A DNA stretch of 64,000 nt from IMG/VR virus record IMGVR_UViG_3300028175_000001; one strand, given 5' to 3'. The notes under the pieces are model-generated. The model was not told where the DNA came from. It did no database searches and worked only from the letters and a program-made list of their open reading frames with translations. Below are positions 40,618-50,629 of the stretch, piece after piece. The translations under genes were made by a program, and so were the position numbers. Numbering within the stretch: the first letter of the stretch is position 1; the number at the start of each line of letters is the position of its first letter. This DNA comes from a virus. Its lineage: Duplodnaviria > Caudoviricetes.

Positions 40618-41981
40618 TAAAAAATCTCCATCCCCTCAAACGGCATATTATTATTTTTTTTATCCATCATAGGTTCTCCTTTAATATTCAATGACGTATT
40701 GAGTAACATTGGACAACCAGACTCTTGTTTCCATTCTTGCAATAATTGTTTATGCTCATCAGTTTCAACAATTTGGACTCTAGAAGTACCATCTAAATGA
40801 ACTATACCAGGATACATTTTTCTAGTATGATTCAATGCAGTGAATGTTGTGTTCATATAAGGCGAATAAATATTATTTTTAAAATATGATGTCAAGTCTT
40901 CTTTTAAGATCATGGGGGCAAAGGGTCTAAAATTATCCCGGCCTTTTATTTTATTCACTCTATCTTTTATATTTATAATAGAAGGATCGGCTAAAATTGA
41001 TCTATTACCCAAAGCTCTGGGTCCAAATTCAGCCTTACCAGAAATCACTCCCGCAATACCATTGGTCTTGAGTTCTTTGATCAAATTTTCTACAGGATAT
41101 TTTCCAACAACGTCATATCCCAAATACGGAGAAGGGTCTATTTTTGTTTTAGTTCTTGCAAGAACACATCCTATGGCTGAACCACCGTCTCCTGGATTGC
41201 ATGGTATATGAACATTACTAAATTTTTTATACAACAATCGATTGGCAGAAACATTTAAAGCACATCCTCCAACAACTATTAAATTATCATCTTCAATTTC
41301 CGAAATAATATCATCAAACACTTCTTCATATACTTGCTGTGTAGCGGAAGCTATTTCAAATTTATCCATAGTCAAATCTATTCCACGATGAAAATTAGTA
41401 CCGTTGTCCCACAAATTTCGTATAATAGAATAATTTTCAAAAGTCGAATTACGATTTACTCCAGCCGCACCCATCAAAATATATTCTTCTTCGTTTGGTT
41501 TCCATCCAGCCGATTGTGTCATTGCTGAATAAAATAATCCTATTGATTTAGGATAGTTCCACTGTTTTATTATTTTAAATTCACCATAAATAACTTTCCA
41601 CTGGGTCATTGTGGCCCATTCACCTATAGCATCTATTACTAATACTGTACAATTTTCAAATGACGATGTATAATACCCATAACACGCATGAGAATAATGA
41701 TGTTCTGTGGGTATAGTATCATATTTAAATTCAAAAGGGGTTATCAGTTTTTGCCCCGCTAACTCTCTCCTTCTATTTTTTATTCGTATATCTTCATAAA
41801 AATATACTTTATTTGGAACACCCCAGTGTTCTTCCGCGAATTTGATAAGATTATCTGGTATTATAGAATCATTTTTCTTACGTGACCAACGTTCTGCATC
41901 AGATGCAAATACGAGTTTAGTATCTTCAAACACGGCCAAAGCCCCATCATGTGAACCAAAAGTGGTTCCCCAGCTAATCAT
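40617..41981 (-). CDS. Carbamoyltransferase (NodU/CmcH/TobZ family)
   Basis: SHDGALA..AERWSRKK..EHHYSHA..DAIGE..GGCALN..AEFGPRALGNRSIL..RPFAP..DGTSRVQ..LNTSLN. Confidence 0.93.
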   Translation of the reverse strand: MISWGTTFGSHDGALAVFEDTKLVFASDAERWSRKKNDSIIPDNLIKFAEEHWGVPNKVYFYEDIRIKNRRRELAGQKLITPFEFKYDTIPTEHHYSHACYGYYTSSFENCTVLVIDAIGEWATMTQWKVIYGEFKIIKQWNYPKSIGLFYSAMTQSAGWKPNEEEYILMGAAGVNRNSTFENYSIIRNLWDNGTNFHRGIDLTMDKFEIASATQQVYEEVFDDIISEIEDDNLIVVGGCALNVSANRLLYKKFSNVHIPCNPGDGGSAIGCVLARTKTKIDPSPYLGYDVVGKYPVENLIKELKTNGIAGVISGKAEFGPRALGNRSILADPSIINIKDRVNKIKGRDNFRPFAPMILKEDLTSYFKNNIYSPYMNTTFTALNHTRKMYPGIVHLDGTSRVQIVETDEHKQLLQEWKQESGCPMLLNTSLNIKGEPMMDKKNNNMPFEGMEIF

Positions 41982-42462
41982 TATATAACCCCGATAACTG
42001 TAAAGTTAATTTATCATATTTACTAAAATTTATTGCAAAATGTTCTATTGTGCTGTCCCAACAAGTTGCTTCTCCTATACTCCATCTGGAAATAGTTTTG
42101 TTAGAGCATTCTACTAATTGACCAAAATACCATTTGCTCAAAAAAACATTAATTCTCACTTTAATTTTATTTGTTGGAATATCATTTAATGGCCAAAATT
42201 TATCATAATGTGATGCATTCACTGAACCCGGTTTTTGTAAAATCAAAGTAGCATATTTAATGTCAACATTTAACTGATGATTTAATTGATTCAAATTAGA
42301 TATATCATCTAAATCAATAAATTGCTGTAATATATTACAGTTCAAATCTGCATATCCTAATGCATTTGTTGACGTGCATGAGGTATCAACTAACCGAAAG
42401 TTGTCTTGAAATTTCTCCTGAAAGACATAATCGATTGACACCTGATCTATTATATGCATCAT
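41974..42462 (-). CDS. Cupin / 2OG-Fe(II)-type oxygenase-like protein
   Basis: QKPGSVNASHYD (HxD); WDSTIEHFAIN..KLTLQLSG. Confidence 0.55.
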   Translation of the reverse strand: MMHIIDQVSIDYVFQEKFQDNFRLVDTSCTSTNALGYADLNCNILQQFIDLDDISNLNQLNHQLNVDIKYATLILQKPGSVNASHYDKFWPLNDIPTNKIKVRINVFLSKWYFGQLVECSNKTISRWSIGEATCWDSTIEHFAINFSKYDKLTLQLSGLYND

Positions 42463-43261
42463 ATTGTTTATTTCCTATTCCCATAAGTATATTATCAGTA
42501 TATTCAAGCTGTAACTGATCACATATTTTTTTATAAATTGCGCCATAGTTTAGCCAATTGAAATCAAAAGGATATTTTAATATTAATTCATTCGCAACAC
42601 CTATACTCAACAAATTTAGCATTTGTATTCCTTTTGAATTTAAAATATCAATACCATCATCCGAATTTTCTCTCTGTAACCGGATCCCCACTCTCAAATG
42701 TTCTGCCCCATAAAAGGATTTTGAAATACTAAATGCTAAAGTATCTATGCACGAATAATTATCAAAATCTATATTTATATTTTTAGACACGGTAGCATGA
42801 CAAAAATCCAATAAAACAGGAATATTATATTTTTCGCATACATCTAACCAATAAAAAAATTCTGTGTGGATTTTACCATATCCCGTAAAAGGTACACTCA
42901 TAATAAATGCATTATTTTTGGTCGTCTTTAAAGTCTCATCAACACGGCCAAAATTATAATTATTTTTCAAAGCGGCTCGATGATACATGAATTCACCATC
43001 GAACAATCTAAACGTTTTATTTTTATGCTTTATATAAAAATGATCAAAAATATGAACACTTCCATTAGTAATTTGGACATTATTAAACGAGGTTATATTT
43101 AAAAAATTGTTTAACTTAGAAGAAGAAATCCATTCCACAAAATTTTGTTTAAACGTGTTTATCAAATCCAAATCATATAAAAAGTTCATAGAATCTATCG
43201 ACATTATGAACTTTTTAACTTCCGGATCTTTAATAGCTGTTAAATTTTTAAAATCATGCAT
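42386..43261 (-). CDS. PLP-dependent enzyme (fold type I-like)
   Basis: VLLDFCH and FSISKSF..RVGIR; paralog of 18968. Confidence 0.6.
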   Translation of the reverse strand: MHDFKNLTAIKDPEVKKFIMSIDSMNFLYDLDLINTFKQNFVEWISSSKLNNFLNITSFNNVQITNGSVHIFDHFYIKHKNKTFRLFDGEFMYHRAALKNNYNFGRVDETLKTTKNNAFIMSVPFTGYGKIHTEFFYWLDVCEKYNIPVLLDFCHATVSKNINIDFDNYSCIDTLAFSISKSFYGAEHLRVGIRLQRENSDDGIDILNSKGIQMLNLLSIGVANELILKYPFDFNWLNYGAIYKKICDQLQLEYTDNILMGIGNKQYDAYNRSGVNRLCLSGEISRQLSVS

Positions 43262-43276
43262 ATTCTAACAATCCAT

Positions 43277-43999
43277 TCATTCTTCCCATAATTTAAAATG
43301 AGTATATTCATTGCTCGCATAAACACTTTTATGCGGCATATCATCTTTGTTATAAGTACTGTTACTCAAATAATAAAAAAAACGTATTGCACACCGACTA
43401 ATTTTATTTGGACTATTTACGGTTCTAACAGAATGCCAATCTTTTATTTTACCCGTAACATTTTCTTTAACAATAAGTCTATTAAACAATGGAGCTACAT
43501 CATATAATAATTTTGAATTAGTATTATTGTCTATATTATCAGACCAACATTCATGGTGCCCACCCCATTCCTCAGACCAATCAGGAGTTAAAAATAATAT
43601 TGAGGACAAAGTCCGATGTAATCTTAATCGATCATTCCAATTAAAATCATAATGACATTTTAAACTATCTCCAGGCCGTATTATAGAAAACCCCGCACCA
43701 ACTATATGAGGATCAGGCAACAATCCAACTATTCCCGTCATCTGTTCCAAGTCATATATCATTTCACCCGAATGCATCAAATCATATGTGATATTATGAG
43801 CAATAGGTGTATATATCAAATCACGATATTCTTCCATCCTAGATCCGGATCTAGTAAACACAGTCCAACCACCCCTTGGAGCTGAAACACATTCTTCATA
43901 TAGTTTTATACACGTAGCTTCGTCTAAAAAATTATCAAACACTGCATGGGGTATACCAGATTTTTTATTACATTCCCACTCATTTTTTTTATTCAACAT
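43277..43999 (-). CDS. 2OG-Fe(II) oxygenase (prolyl-hydroxylase-like)
   Basis: LKCHYDFN (HxD), EEWGGH, PLFNRL, WHSV..RCAI. Confidence 0.88.
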   Translation of the reverse strand: MLNKKNEWECNKKSGIPHAVFDNFLDEATCIKLYEECVSAPRGGWTVFTRSGSRMEEYRDLIYTPIAHNITYDLMHSGEMIYDLEQMTGIVGLLPDPHIVGAGFSIIRPGDSLKCHYDFNWNDRLRLHRTLSSILFLTPDWSEEWGGHHECWSDNIDNNTNSKLLYDVAPLFNRLIVKENVTGKIKDWHSVRTVNSPNKISRCAIRFFYYLSNSTYNKDDMPHKSVYASNEYTHFKLWEE

Positions 44000-44023
44000 A
44001 TTTTAAACCACCAAAAAATAAAT

Positions 44024-45832
44024 TTAACAAAAAAATTTTTCCGATCTCCTACCCCACCATATACACTCTCTAGCCCACTTTTCTAAATCTCCATCATATT
44101 CAATATAAGGATCTTTCATTTTATGATACTGTTCGTTTATTAATGAAGAATCAAGATTATATTGTTTTTTTATAAAAACACATATTTCATCATAAAATCT
44201 ACGTTTTTCTTTAACTAAATGAATAATAGTAGCTTCCTCATACTCCCAATATATATTTGAAACGTCTAATACTTTTCTACCCCAAGGTATTTTTTGTTCA
44301 AATACTTTTTTTAACAGCCTCTTTGTTATATAATATTCTTTATAAAGAAATGTTGTATCATTATTGATAAACCACATAAAAAGATCATCATAAAATTGCC
44401 TCAATGTTATTTTATATTCCTTTTTTAATTTCAGTGCAAGTATTCTTAACCACCCCAAAAAATGAAAAGAAATCATATACCATTTCCAAAGAGTTGCTTC
44501 AATATAGTCGTCAAACGACATAACAGTTGAACCAACAACAACATTATTCACATCTTTCATAAGCTCTTCTGAAGGATGATCATGATGAAAAAAAGCTGGA
44601 GTTGTTTGCCTAATTTTAATGCCGTATTTATTTAAATATTCTTTATCACCAAAGGGAGTATTAGGTAAGGCCACCATCACATATATACCAATATAATTAT
44701 GATAATCAACATCATCGATCAATTTATACAGCCCCTCCTTAAAACTAGTTAATGTTTCTTCGGGTAACCCTAAAATTGTTTCTATGTAAGCAGGCATTCC
44801 TATTGTTTTGAGTTTTGATATGACTTGAACTAAATTAGTATTTTCATTTGTTCTTCCTATAGCCTTTAACGTTTTGTGATTTGTAGACTGTAACGCAATC
44901 GTCACACTCTTATTTAGACCAGCTTTCCACAAATCTTCAGCCATGTCAAAAAGATAGGGCTTTTTATGTTTTGCCCAAGTAATATTTAATGCGGTTGGAA
45001 ATCCAATCGTTTTAAAGTTTTTTATCAATAAATCAGAAATAATCTTATGTTCTCTATACATGCCAAAATTATTAGCAATCAAATGCAAATATTCAATATT
45101 GTGTTCAGAAATCCAATTGATTTCTTTCAGCATCTTATCATAATCTTGTTTGATAATTTTTGTCCAATGTCTATCGCCAACCTCACAAAAAGAACACGTA
45201 TAAGGACAACCTCTCTCTATTTCTATAAGACTTTCCCATTCATAATTATGATCTTTAACAGAAATAAGATCGTCAAAAAGACCATTAAGGTATGGGCTAG
45301 GTAGTTTAGATATGTTTTTTATTCGTTCTTCTAAAGGAGTTTGAAATTGATGTGTCGTAATACCTTTAACTGATCTTATATTAAATCCATGAATAATTGT
45401 TTTCAATATATTTTTAAAAACAATTTCGCCCTCATTATGCACAATAACATCAATAAACGGTCTTTCATCTAAAAATTCTCTGCACCTTCCGTGTTTAGGA
45501 GTACCTAGACCACCATACACTATCAAACAGTTGGGATTTATTTTTTTAATTTCAGCACATACTCTATCGCTTACATAAGTGTTCCAAACAAAATAGGAAA
45601 CACCCACAACATCACATTGGGCCAATTTTTGAGCAGTTGATAAAACATCGAAAGACCCGTCAAGCACATAATGCCAATCAGCAACATTAAAAGAAAAATT
45701 ATTTAATATTTCATCGTCTGATCTACAATAACTCCACACACATCCTGTAGAATACGGTAATTTAATTTGATTGGTAAAAATGTGGGACAGCTCTAAAAAG
45801 CCTATCCTCTTCTTAAATCCAGCGTTACACAA
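44024..45832 (-). CDS. Cobalamin-binding radical SAM enzyme (class B-like)
   Basis: N-terminal B12-binding domain (DVVGVSYFVWN..IVYGG..EGE) followed by ERGCPYTCSFC and a TIM barrel. Confidence 0.9.
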   Translation of the reverse strand: MCNAGFKKRIGFLELSHIFTNQIKLPYSTGCVWSYCRSDDEILNNFSFNVADWHYVLDGSFDVLSTAQKLAQCDVVGVSYFVWNTYVSDRVCAEIKKINPNCLIVYGGLGTPKHGRCREFLDERPFIDVIVHNEGEIVFKNILKTIIHGFNIRSVKGITTHQFQTPLEERIKNISKLPSPYLNGLFDDLISVKDHNYEWESLIEIERGCPYTCSFCEVGDRHWTKIIKQDYDKMLKEINWISEHNIEYLHLIANNFGMYREHKIISDLLIKNFKTIGFPTALNITWAKHKKPYLFDMAEDLWKAGLNKSVTIALQSTNHKTLKAIGRTNENTNLVQVISKLKTIGMPAYIETILGLPEETLTSFKEGLYKLIDDVDYHNYIGIYVMVALPNTPFGDKEYLNKYGIKIRQTTPAFFHHDHPSEELMKDVNNVVVGSTVMSFDDYIEATLWKWYMISFHFLGWLRILALKLKKEYKITLRQFYDDLFMWFINNDTTFLYKEYYITKRLLKKVFEQKIPWGRKVLDVSNIYWEYEEATIIHLVKEKRRFYDEICVFIKKQYNLDSSLINEQYHKMKDPYIEYDGDLEKWARECIWWGRRSEKFFC

Positions 45833-46815
45833 TGAAATCCCCCTCCCAAAGTTCTAGAATGCCTCAAATACAATGGAATACTATCAATTCCATATTGACT
45901 CAATAGTTTTATCAAAGCTATTTGATTTCCATCAACAATAACTAAATCATTATTAACACTTAACAAATTAAGACCTATAGAATCACTTGATATTCCATAA
46001 TCTATAATATCAGTTGAAACAATATCACTAAAAAATATTTTTTCCCAATCTTTGAAAAATTTAGGATAATTGTCTTGATCACATCTTAATCCATTTAATA
46101 ATACAAGCCCCTCTCTTAATGGAATTACCGTACTATCAAAATGTGCGCCTGAATATGCATCACGTTCAATATGAATTTTATAATCAGGAAACATTCGTTG
46201 CAACCATTCTGCTCCTTTTTCGTTTCCACTATTGCTTATTTGAAAAATCAAATCATTATCAATCCTTACTACATTTGGTGCATCGAAAAGTATTTCTTTA
46301 TTCATTAATGTTGATTGTGATAAATCAGAAAAATCAAAACTTACGTCTTCAACAATTTGTTTTGGAGCGGAAAACCAATTTGTACCATCATCAAATGCTT
46401 CATGCAAAATTTTATTATAAGACCAAGTTTCAAACATCCTGCTTCTCATTACGCTAGGTACTTCAACAATATTATTACCCAAAACTAAAAAAATGTCTCT
46501 AGGACAATAATTATACCAACCAGTAGTTTTCCATTTTGGAGTCTGAATTAGATGACGATGTTGTATTTTTTCTGGCCTATGAACTATCACACCACAGTCT
46601 TCCAACACTTCAGATAAAATATCAAGATCTTCACTTGTCTCTTCAAGAACCTCTTGATCATATGGACCAACATATTTTTTTATTTCTTCAATTGTTAAAT
46701 TTGCATACATGAAATTTTTCATCGAAGAATCTACTGGAGGAATATGTGCAAAATCTGCACGTCCTACAATTATCTCATGAAGAGGATCATAATCATTAGT
46801 CGAGTGTATTAACAT
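45802..46815 (-). CDS. Amidinotransferase (glycine / inosamine-phosphate amidinotransferase family)
   Basis: YCPRD, FDAPN, SGN..G, HFDS, terminal GGGFHCVTLD with the catalytic Cys. Confidence 0.92.
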   Translation of the reverse strand: MLIHSTNDYDPLHEIIVGRADFAHIPPVDSSMKNFMYANLTIEEIKKYVGPYDQEVLEETSEDLDILSEVLEDCGVIVHRPEKIQHRHLIQTPKWKTTGWYNYCPRDIFLVLGNNIVEVPSVMRSRMFETWSYNKILHEAFDDGTNWFSAPKQIVEDVSFDFSDLSQSTLMNKEILFDAPNVVRIDNDLIFQISNSGNEKGAEWLQRMFPDYKIHIERDAYSGAHFDSTVIPLREGLVLLNGLRCDQDNYPKFFKDWEKIFFSDIVSTDIIDYGISSDSIGLNLLSVNNDLVIVDGNQIALIKLLSQYGIDSIPLYLRHSRTLGGGFHCVTLDLRRG

Positions 46816-48028
46816 AATTCTCTATTTCATCTTGAAAGACTTGATACTTATCATCATCGCAACCTCTAAATAATTTATAAGAAATATCACTACATATTTG
46901 ATAATTATGATTTAATTTATATTTAAGCGTACTTATAATACTCATTAGACCATTTAAATCCATTTGTAATATTTTTTCACACTCGATCATATACGCTTTT
47001 AATCTTTTTCCATATTGCCCAATACCATCAAACGAATAATCAAACAATTCATCATAAAGCACAAATCCGTGATCCGTTAAAAATTTATAATAATTCTTAG
47101 AAGCAAAGGTTAAAAATGGTTTTTTATAAAAAAAATTTTTGACTGTTTTTTCTGTAATATGTGTAGCACAATCTGTTTGAGTTTCACAAACAAAATTCAC
47201 CGCAGATTTCAAATATTCATCAGGAACAATATTATACAAATACCAAGGACAAGTCTGATATTCTTTTTCTAAATCCACATCGGAATAATCTGCGGAATAT
47301 TCTGTGTTTAAAGATCTATTCAACATAACACGGGCGGGATTTTTTAATTTTTTTAAATCTGGACTAAAATATATTTTTTTGGATGAGTTGAAATTATTAA
47401 AACCAAATAAGTAATTTAGTGAAGTTTCATCACCCGATATTTTATCAGTATTGTGCGTATGTGAACAATAATCATAATAAGAAATATTAAAACAATCATC
47501 AAGCAAATCATATTTAATAACTTTTCGGCGAGCCACTTGATCGATCATATCAATATAACCTAAATTCGAATATATAAAAGTATCATATTTACTCAATTCT
47601 GACATTATATAATCTCTACAAAATCTTCTTCCCCCAGATAAAAATATAGCATTGTGTTCTATACGAGGCTGAACATTATCTTTCAAAATATAAGTACCAA
47701 TTTCTCCAGGAAAAAAATATTCATAAACAAAAAACCAAGGAAATGAAACAATTTTTAAATTTAAACTTGATTTTACTGATTGTTTTACTTTTTCATAATT
47801 TTGCTTAAGATGAATATCCGCGCCGACAAATGTAATATTAAACGTGTCGTCAAATTCATTGAGTAAATGATAAAAAAGCGCCCTAGTATTTCGCTTATGA
47901 TATCCCCCCACGTTCAAATACGGGAACAAAGAATATGGTTCTGCATAATTATAAAGAATTACTGTTTTTTCAGCTCTTATTTCATTTAATATTTTTTTTG
48001 AAATATGCTCGCAGTGCAAAAATTTCAT
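46796..48028 (-). CDS. TEK..K...KPF family protein (putative GT-B-like)
   Basis: VCETQ..ITEKTVKNFFYKKPFL..GFVLYDELFDYSFD. Confidence 0.45.
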   Translation of the reverse strand: MKFLHCEHISKKILNEIRAEKTVILYNYAEPYSLFPYLNVGGYHKRNTRALFYHLLNEFDDTFNITFVGADIHLKQNYEKVKQSVKSSLNLKIVSFPWFFVYEYFFPGEIGTYILKDNVQPRIEHNAIFLSGGRRFCRDYIMSELSKYDTFIYSNLGYIDMIDQVARRKVIKYDLLDDCFNISYYDYCSHTHNTDKISGDETSLNYLFGFNNFNSSKKIYFSPDLKKLKNPARVMLNRSLNTEYSADYSDVDLEKEYQTCPWYLYNIVPDEYLKSAVNFVCETQTDCATHITEKTVKNFFYKKPFLTFASKNYYKFLTDHGFVLYDELFDYSFDGIGQYGKRLKAYMIECEKILQMDLNGLMSIISTLKYKLNHNYQICSDISYKLFRGCDDDKYQVFQDEIENYVNTLD

Positions 48029-48036
48029 CTAATCCC

Positions 48037-49239
48037 CTAAACAAACGCTTTTTGTTCATTTATCATAAATTTCAAATAGTTAAAATCATCTAATTCAGAA
48101 GCAATATACCATATTTGCTTCTGATTCGCCACATGAAAACAATTATACTGTATTTTTTCTCTAAATGTTTCTATTTTAGCAGTTAAGTGGTGAGTAGACA
48201 TAGCTAAAATTGGTTTTATCTGTTTCATAATAGAATCAAATCTTTGATCAAATGATTTATCATCGAATGAATAATCAAACAATTCTTCATATAGATAAAA
48301 CCCCGCTTTTTTCAAAAACTGATGCGAATTTCTTGCGCTTAATAATATAAAAGGTTTATTTAATGAAATAGGTTTAAAAGTTTTTTCTGTTAATGCAATG
48401 CTTTCATCAACATATGATTCTGTCACAAGGTCTATACAGCTCTGAATATATTCTAAAGGAACACATCTTTGAAAAGCATCATGCTTTGAAGCAAAAGTTT
48501 TTGATATATCTTTCTTTGATCGAAAATTTAGTGGAACTTCACTTTTTTTCATAAAAAGTAAGGGATCATATATTTCATTTAATTCTGTTAATTCATTTAA
48601 TAATTCATTATCTTCATCATTATCAAAAACATCTTCCATTTGTTGAGGATCTTCAAATGGATAATACGAATACATAAAATTTTCTATGCCACGCAGTGCT
48701 TTGATTGTTTTTATTCTCTGATGTTTTTTTGTACTGTTTAATGAAATAACATTATATTTTGGTTCATACTCTATTTTTTTATCATCAACAGTTAAACTAA
48801 AATTGTTAATATTAACGCATCCTATCTTCGCATTTGAATGGGGTAATTCAGTTTGCGAAGCACTGGAGGATTCAATCTCATAATCATTAAAAAAACCATA
48901 CATATAAGGATTAATTAATGGAATAATATCTGTTTTTATTTCATTACAAGAAATTATTTTTTTTAATCGGTTTAAATTAGACCATATGTTAAAATCTGAA
49001 GTGACATAATATACATTTTTATCTTTAAAATCCAGAGTTAAAATATTATATAAGGTATAATCATCAAACTCATCTAATGGAGCAAGTCTATCAGCTTCTG
49101 AATCAATGAAAATCACATTTTCGTCATCTGTTTGCAACACTTCATCTATAATTGTCTGATCAGCCGAAACACATTTCAATGTTTCTATAACATTTTGTAT
49201 CGGTACTGTATCAATACACTGGTCAACATGTATTCTCAT
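48037..49239 (-). CDS. TEK..K...KPF family protein (putative GT-B-like)
   Basis: VTESY..LTEKTFKPISLNKPFI..GFYLYEELFDYSFD. Confidence 0.45.
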   Translation of the reverse strand: MRIHVDQCIDTVPIQNVIETLKCVSADQTIIDEVLQTDDENVIFIDSEADRLAPLDEFDDYTLYNILTLDFKDKNVYYVTSDFNIWSNLNRLKKIISCNEIKTDIIPLINPYMYGFFNDYEIESSSASQTELPHSNAKIGCVNINNFSLTVDDKKIEYEPKYNVISLNSTKKHQRIKTIKALRGIENFMYSYYPFEDPQQMEDVFDNDEDNELLNELTELNEIYDPLLFMKKSEVPLNFRSKKDISKTFASKHDAFQRCVPLEYIQSCIDLVTESYVDESIALTEKTFKPISLNKPFILLSARNSHQFLKKAGFYLYEELFDYSFDDKSFDQRFDSIMKQIKPILAMSTHHLTAKIETFREKIQYNCFHVANQKQIWYIASELDDFNYLKFMINEQKAFV

Positions 49240-50414
49240 AATAAAAGTTTTTTTCCATAATGAATTATTTTTAGTGGGACAAGATGTTTATTGGTTTTAA
49301 ATTCTCTCCAGGGATCCACAACTATACTATCTTTATTAAAATTAAAATCATAATGACATCCTCTATGGGCAAGTAAATATGTGCATGGAACATCATTCAT
49401 ATTTTCATCAAAACCCAGTTCAAAATTCGACAATTCATTTACATAATATCCCACTAATAACGCATATGAACCATCAGTATAACTTATTTTTGGCTTAAAC
49501 GACTTTCCCAATATAACAATCGGTAATTTGAAACTCACTAATTTTTCAGCCAATCTCTTTGCTTGAACCTCTCTAGAAGTCATAATTGCATCAAATAAAT
49601 CATACCCTAAGTCTAATTTATTTACAAGAAATCTTAAAGCAATATTATCTCTGGGATGACAGGGACCACCATCTCCCATACCAGGCTTCATATATAATTT
49701 ACTTATAATCCTCTGTGATGAATTTGACAACGCATTAGCAACTACATCACAATCTACATTACCGTTTAGTTCTGCTACATCTTGTATCATATTAACTAAA
49801 CTAACTTTAGCAGATATAAACGTATTATAAAATATTTTAATACATTCTGCTTCATCTAGGGTAACCAATTCAAATCTAGTTTTTTTCTTCTGTAAAATTT
49901 TTATATAAAACATTTTAAGATCATAAACAATACTTTGAAGTACATTATTCGATCCCATTATAATCATTTCAGGATTCAGCATATCCCAAGTTGTTGTACC
50001 CATAGCAATCAAATATGGATTGTATATAAAATTCACTCCTTTTTTGATTATTGGCAAAAAGTCTTTTCTACAGGTTCCAGGTAAAACTGTACTAATTAAT
50101 ACAATAGTCTGACCCTCTCTAATATATTCGTTTATTTGAAGTAAAGCATTGATTACGAATTCATACTGAAAATCTTTGGGATCTAAATGCGAGGAAGGCT
50201 TGGTTCCATCATAATCTTCATGATGAGGAGTTTCAACCGCTAAAAATATAAAGTTGTTATATTGTATTGCATCTTTTATATTTTTATGAATAATAATTTT
50301 ATTGCTTTTTTTCTCACGCAAATCAAAACCATGCACACAAATATCATCTTGGGCCATTGCTTCTGCACATTCTAATCCTAATTTACCCAATCCTATAAAA
50401 CCAACATCAGTCAT
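49236..50414 (-). CDS. ugd: UDP-glucose/GDP-mannose 6-dehydrogenase family (start refined to ATG 50414)
   Basis: GFIGLGKLG; AVETP; STVLPG; YNPYLIAMG; ECIKIFYNTF; GGPCHPRD catalytic Cys; GKSFK. Confidence 0.9.
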   Translation of the reverse strand: MTDVGFIGLGKLGLECAEAMAQDDICVHGFDLREKKSNKIIIHKNIKDAIQYNNFIFLAVETPHHEDYDGTKPSSHLDPKDFQYEFVINALLQINEYIREGQTIVLISTVLPGTCRKDFLPIIKKGVNFIYNPYLIAMGTTTWDMLNPEMIIMGSNNVLQSIVYDLKMFYIKILQKKKTRFELVTLDEAECIKIFYNTFISAKVSLVNMIQDVAELNGNVDCDVVANALSNSSQRIISKLYMKPGMGDGGPCHPRDNIALRFLVNKLDLGYDLFDAIMTSREVQAKRLAEKLVSFKLPIVILGKSFKPKISYTDGSYALLVGYYVNELSNFELGFDENMNDVPCTYLLAHRGCHYDFNFNKDSIVVDPWREFKTNKHLVPLKIIHYGKKLLL

Positions 50415-50629
50415 AGATAAATTTTTCAAGTTTTTCTCCTTCGGTTTTATATAGATTTTTATGAAAGGTTTCAGTGAGAGTGGTATCGTAGAAAAAATTT
50501 GATAATTTATTAAGCAGAACATCTACTTTTATTTACAACTGGTTATTCTATCATATCAAACCACGCACGATAAAATAATGGATTACTCAGCTCATCGCCA
50601 TAACTATCTCCAAAAATATAAACGATCAT
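50407..50629 (-). pseudogene. Internally deleted fifth SGNH-like paralog
   Basis: ATG 50629 gives MIVYIFGDSYGDELSNPLFYRAWFDMIE* (stop 50545-50543). Another frame gives DVLLNKLSNFFYDTTLTETFHKNLYKTEGEKLEKFIYD* ending at 50407, matching the C-terminus of neighbours 50631 and 51404. Confidence 0.75.
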
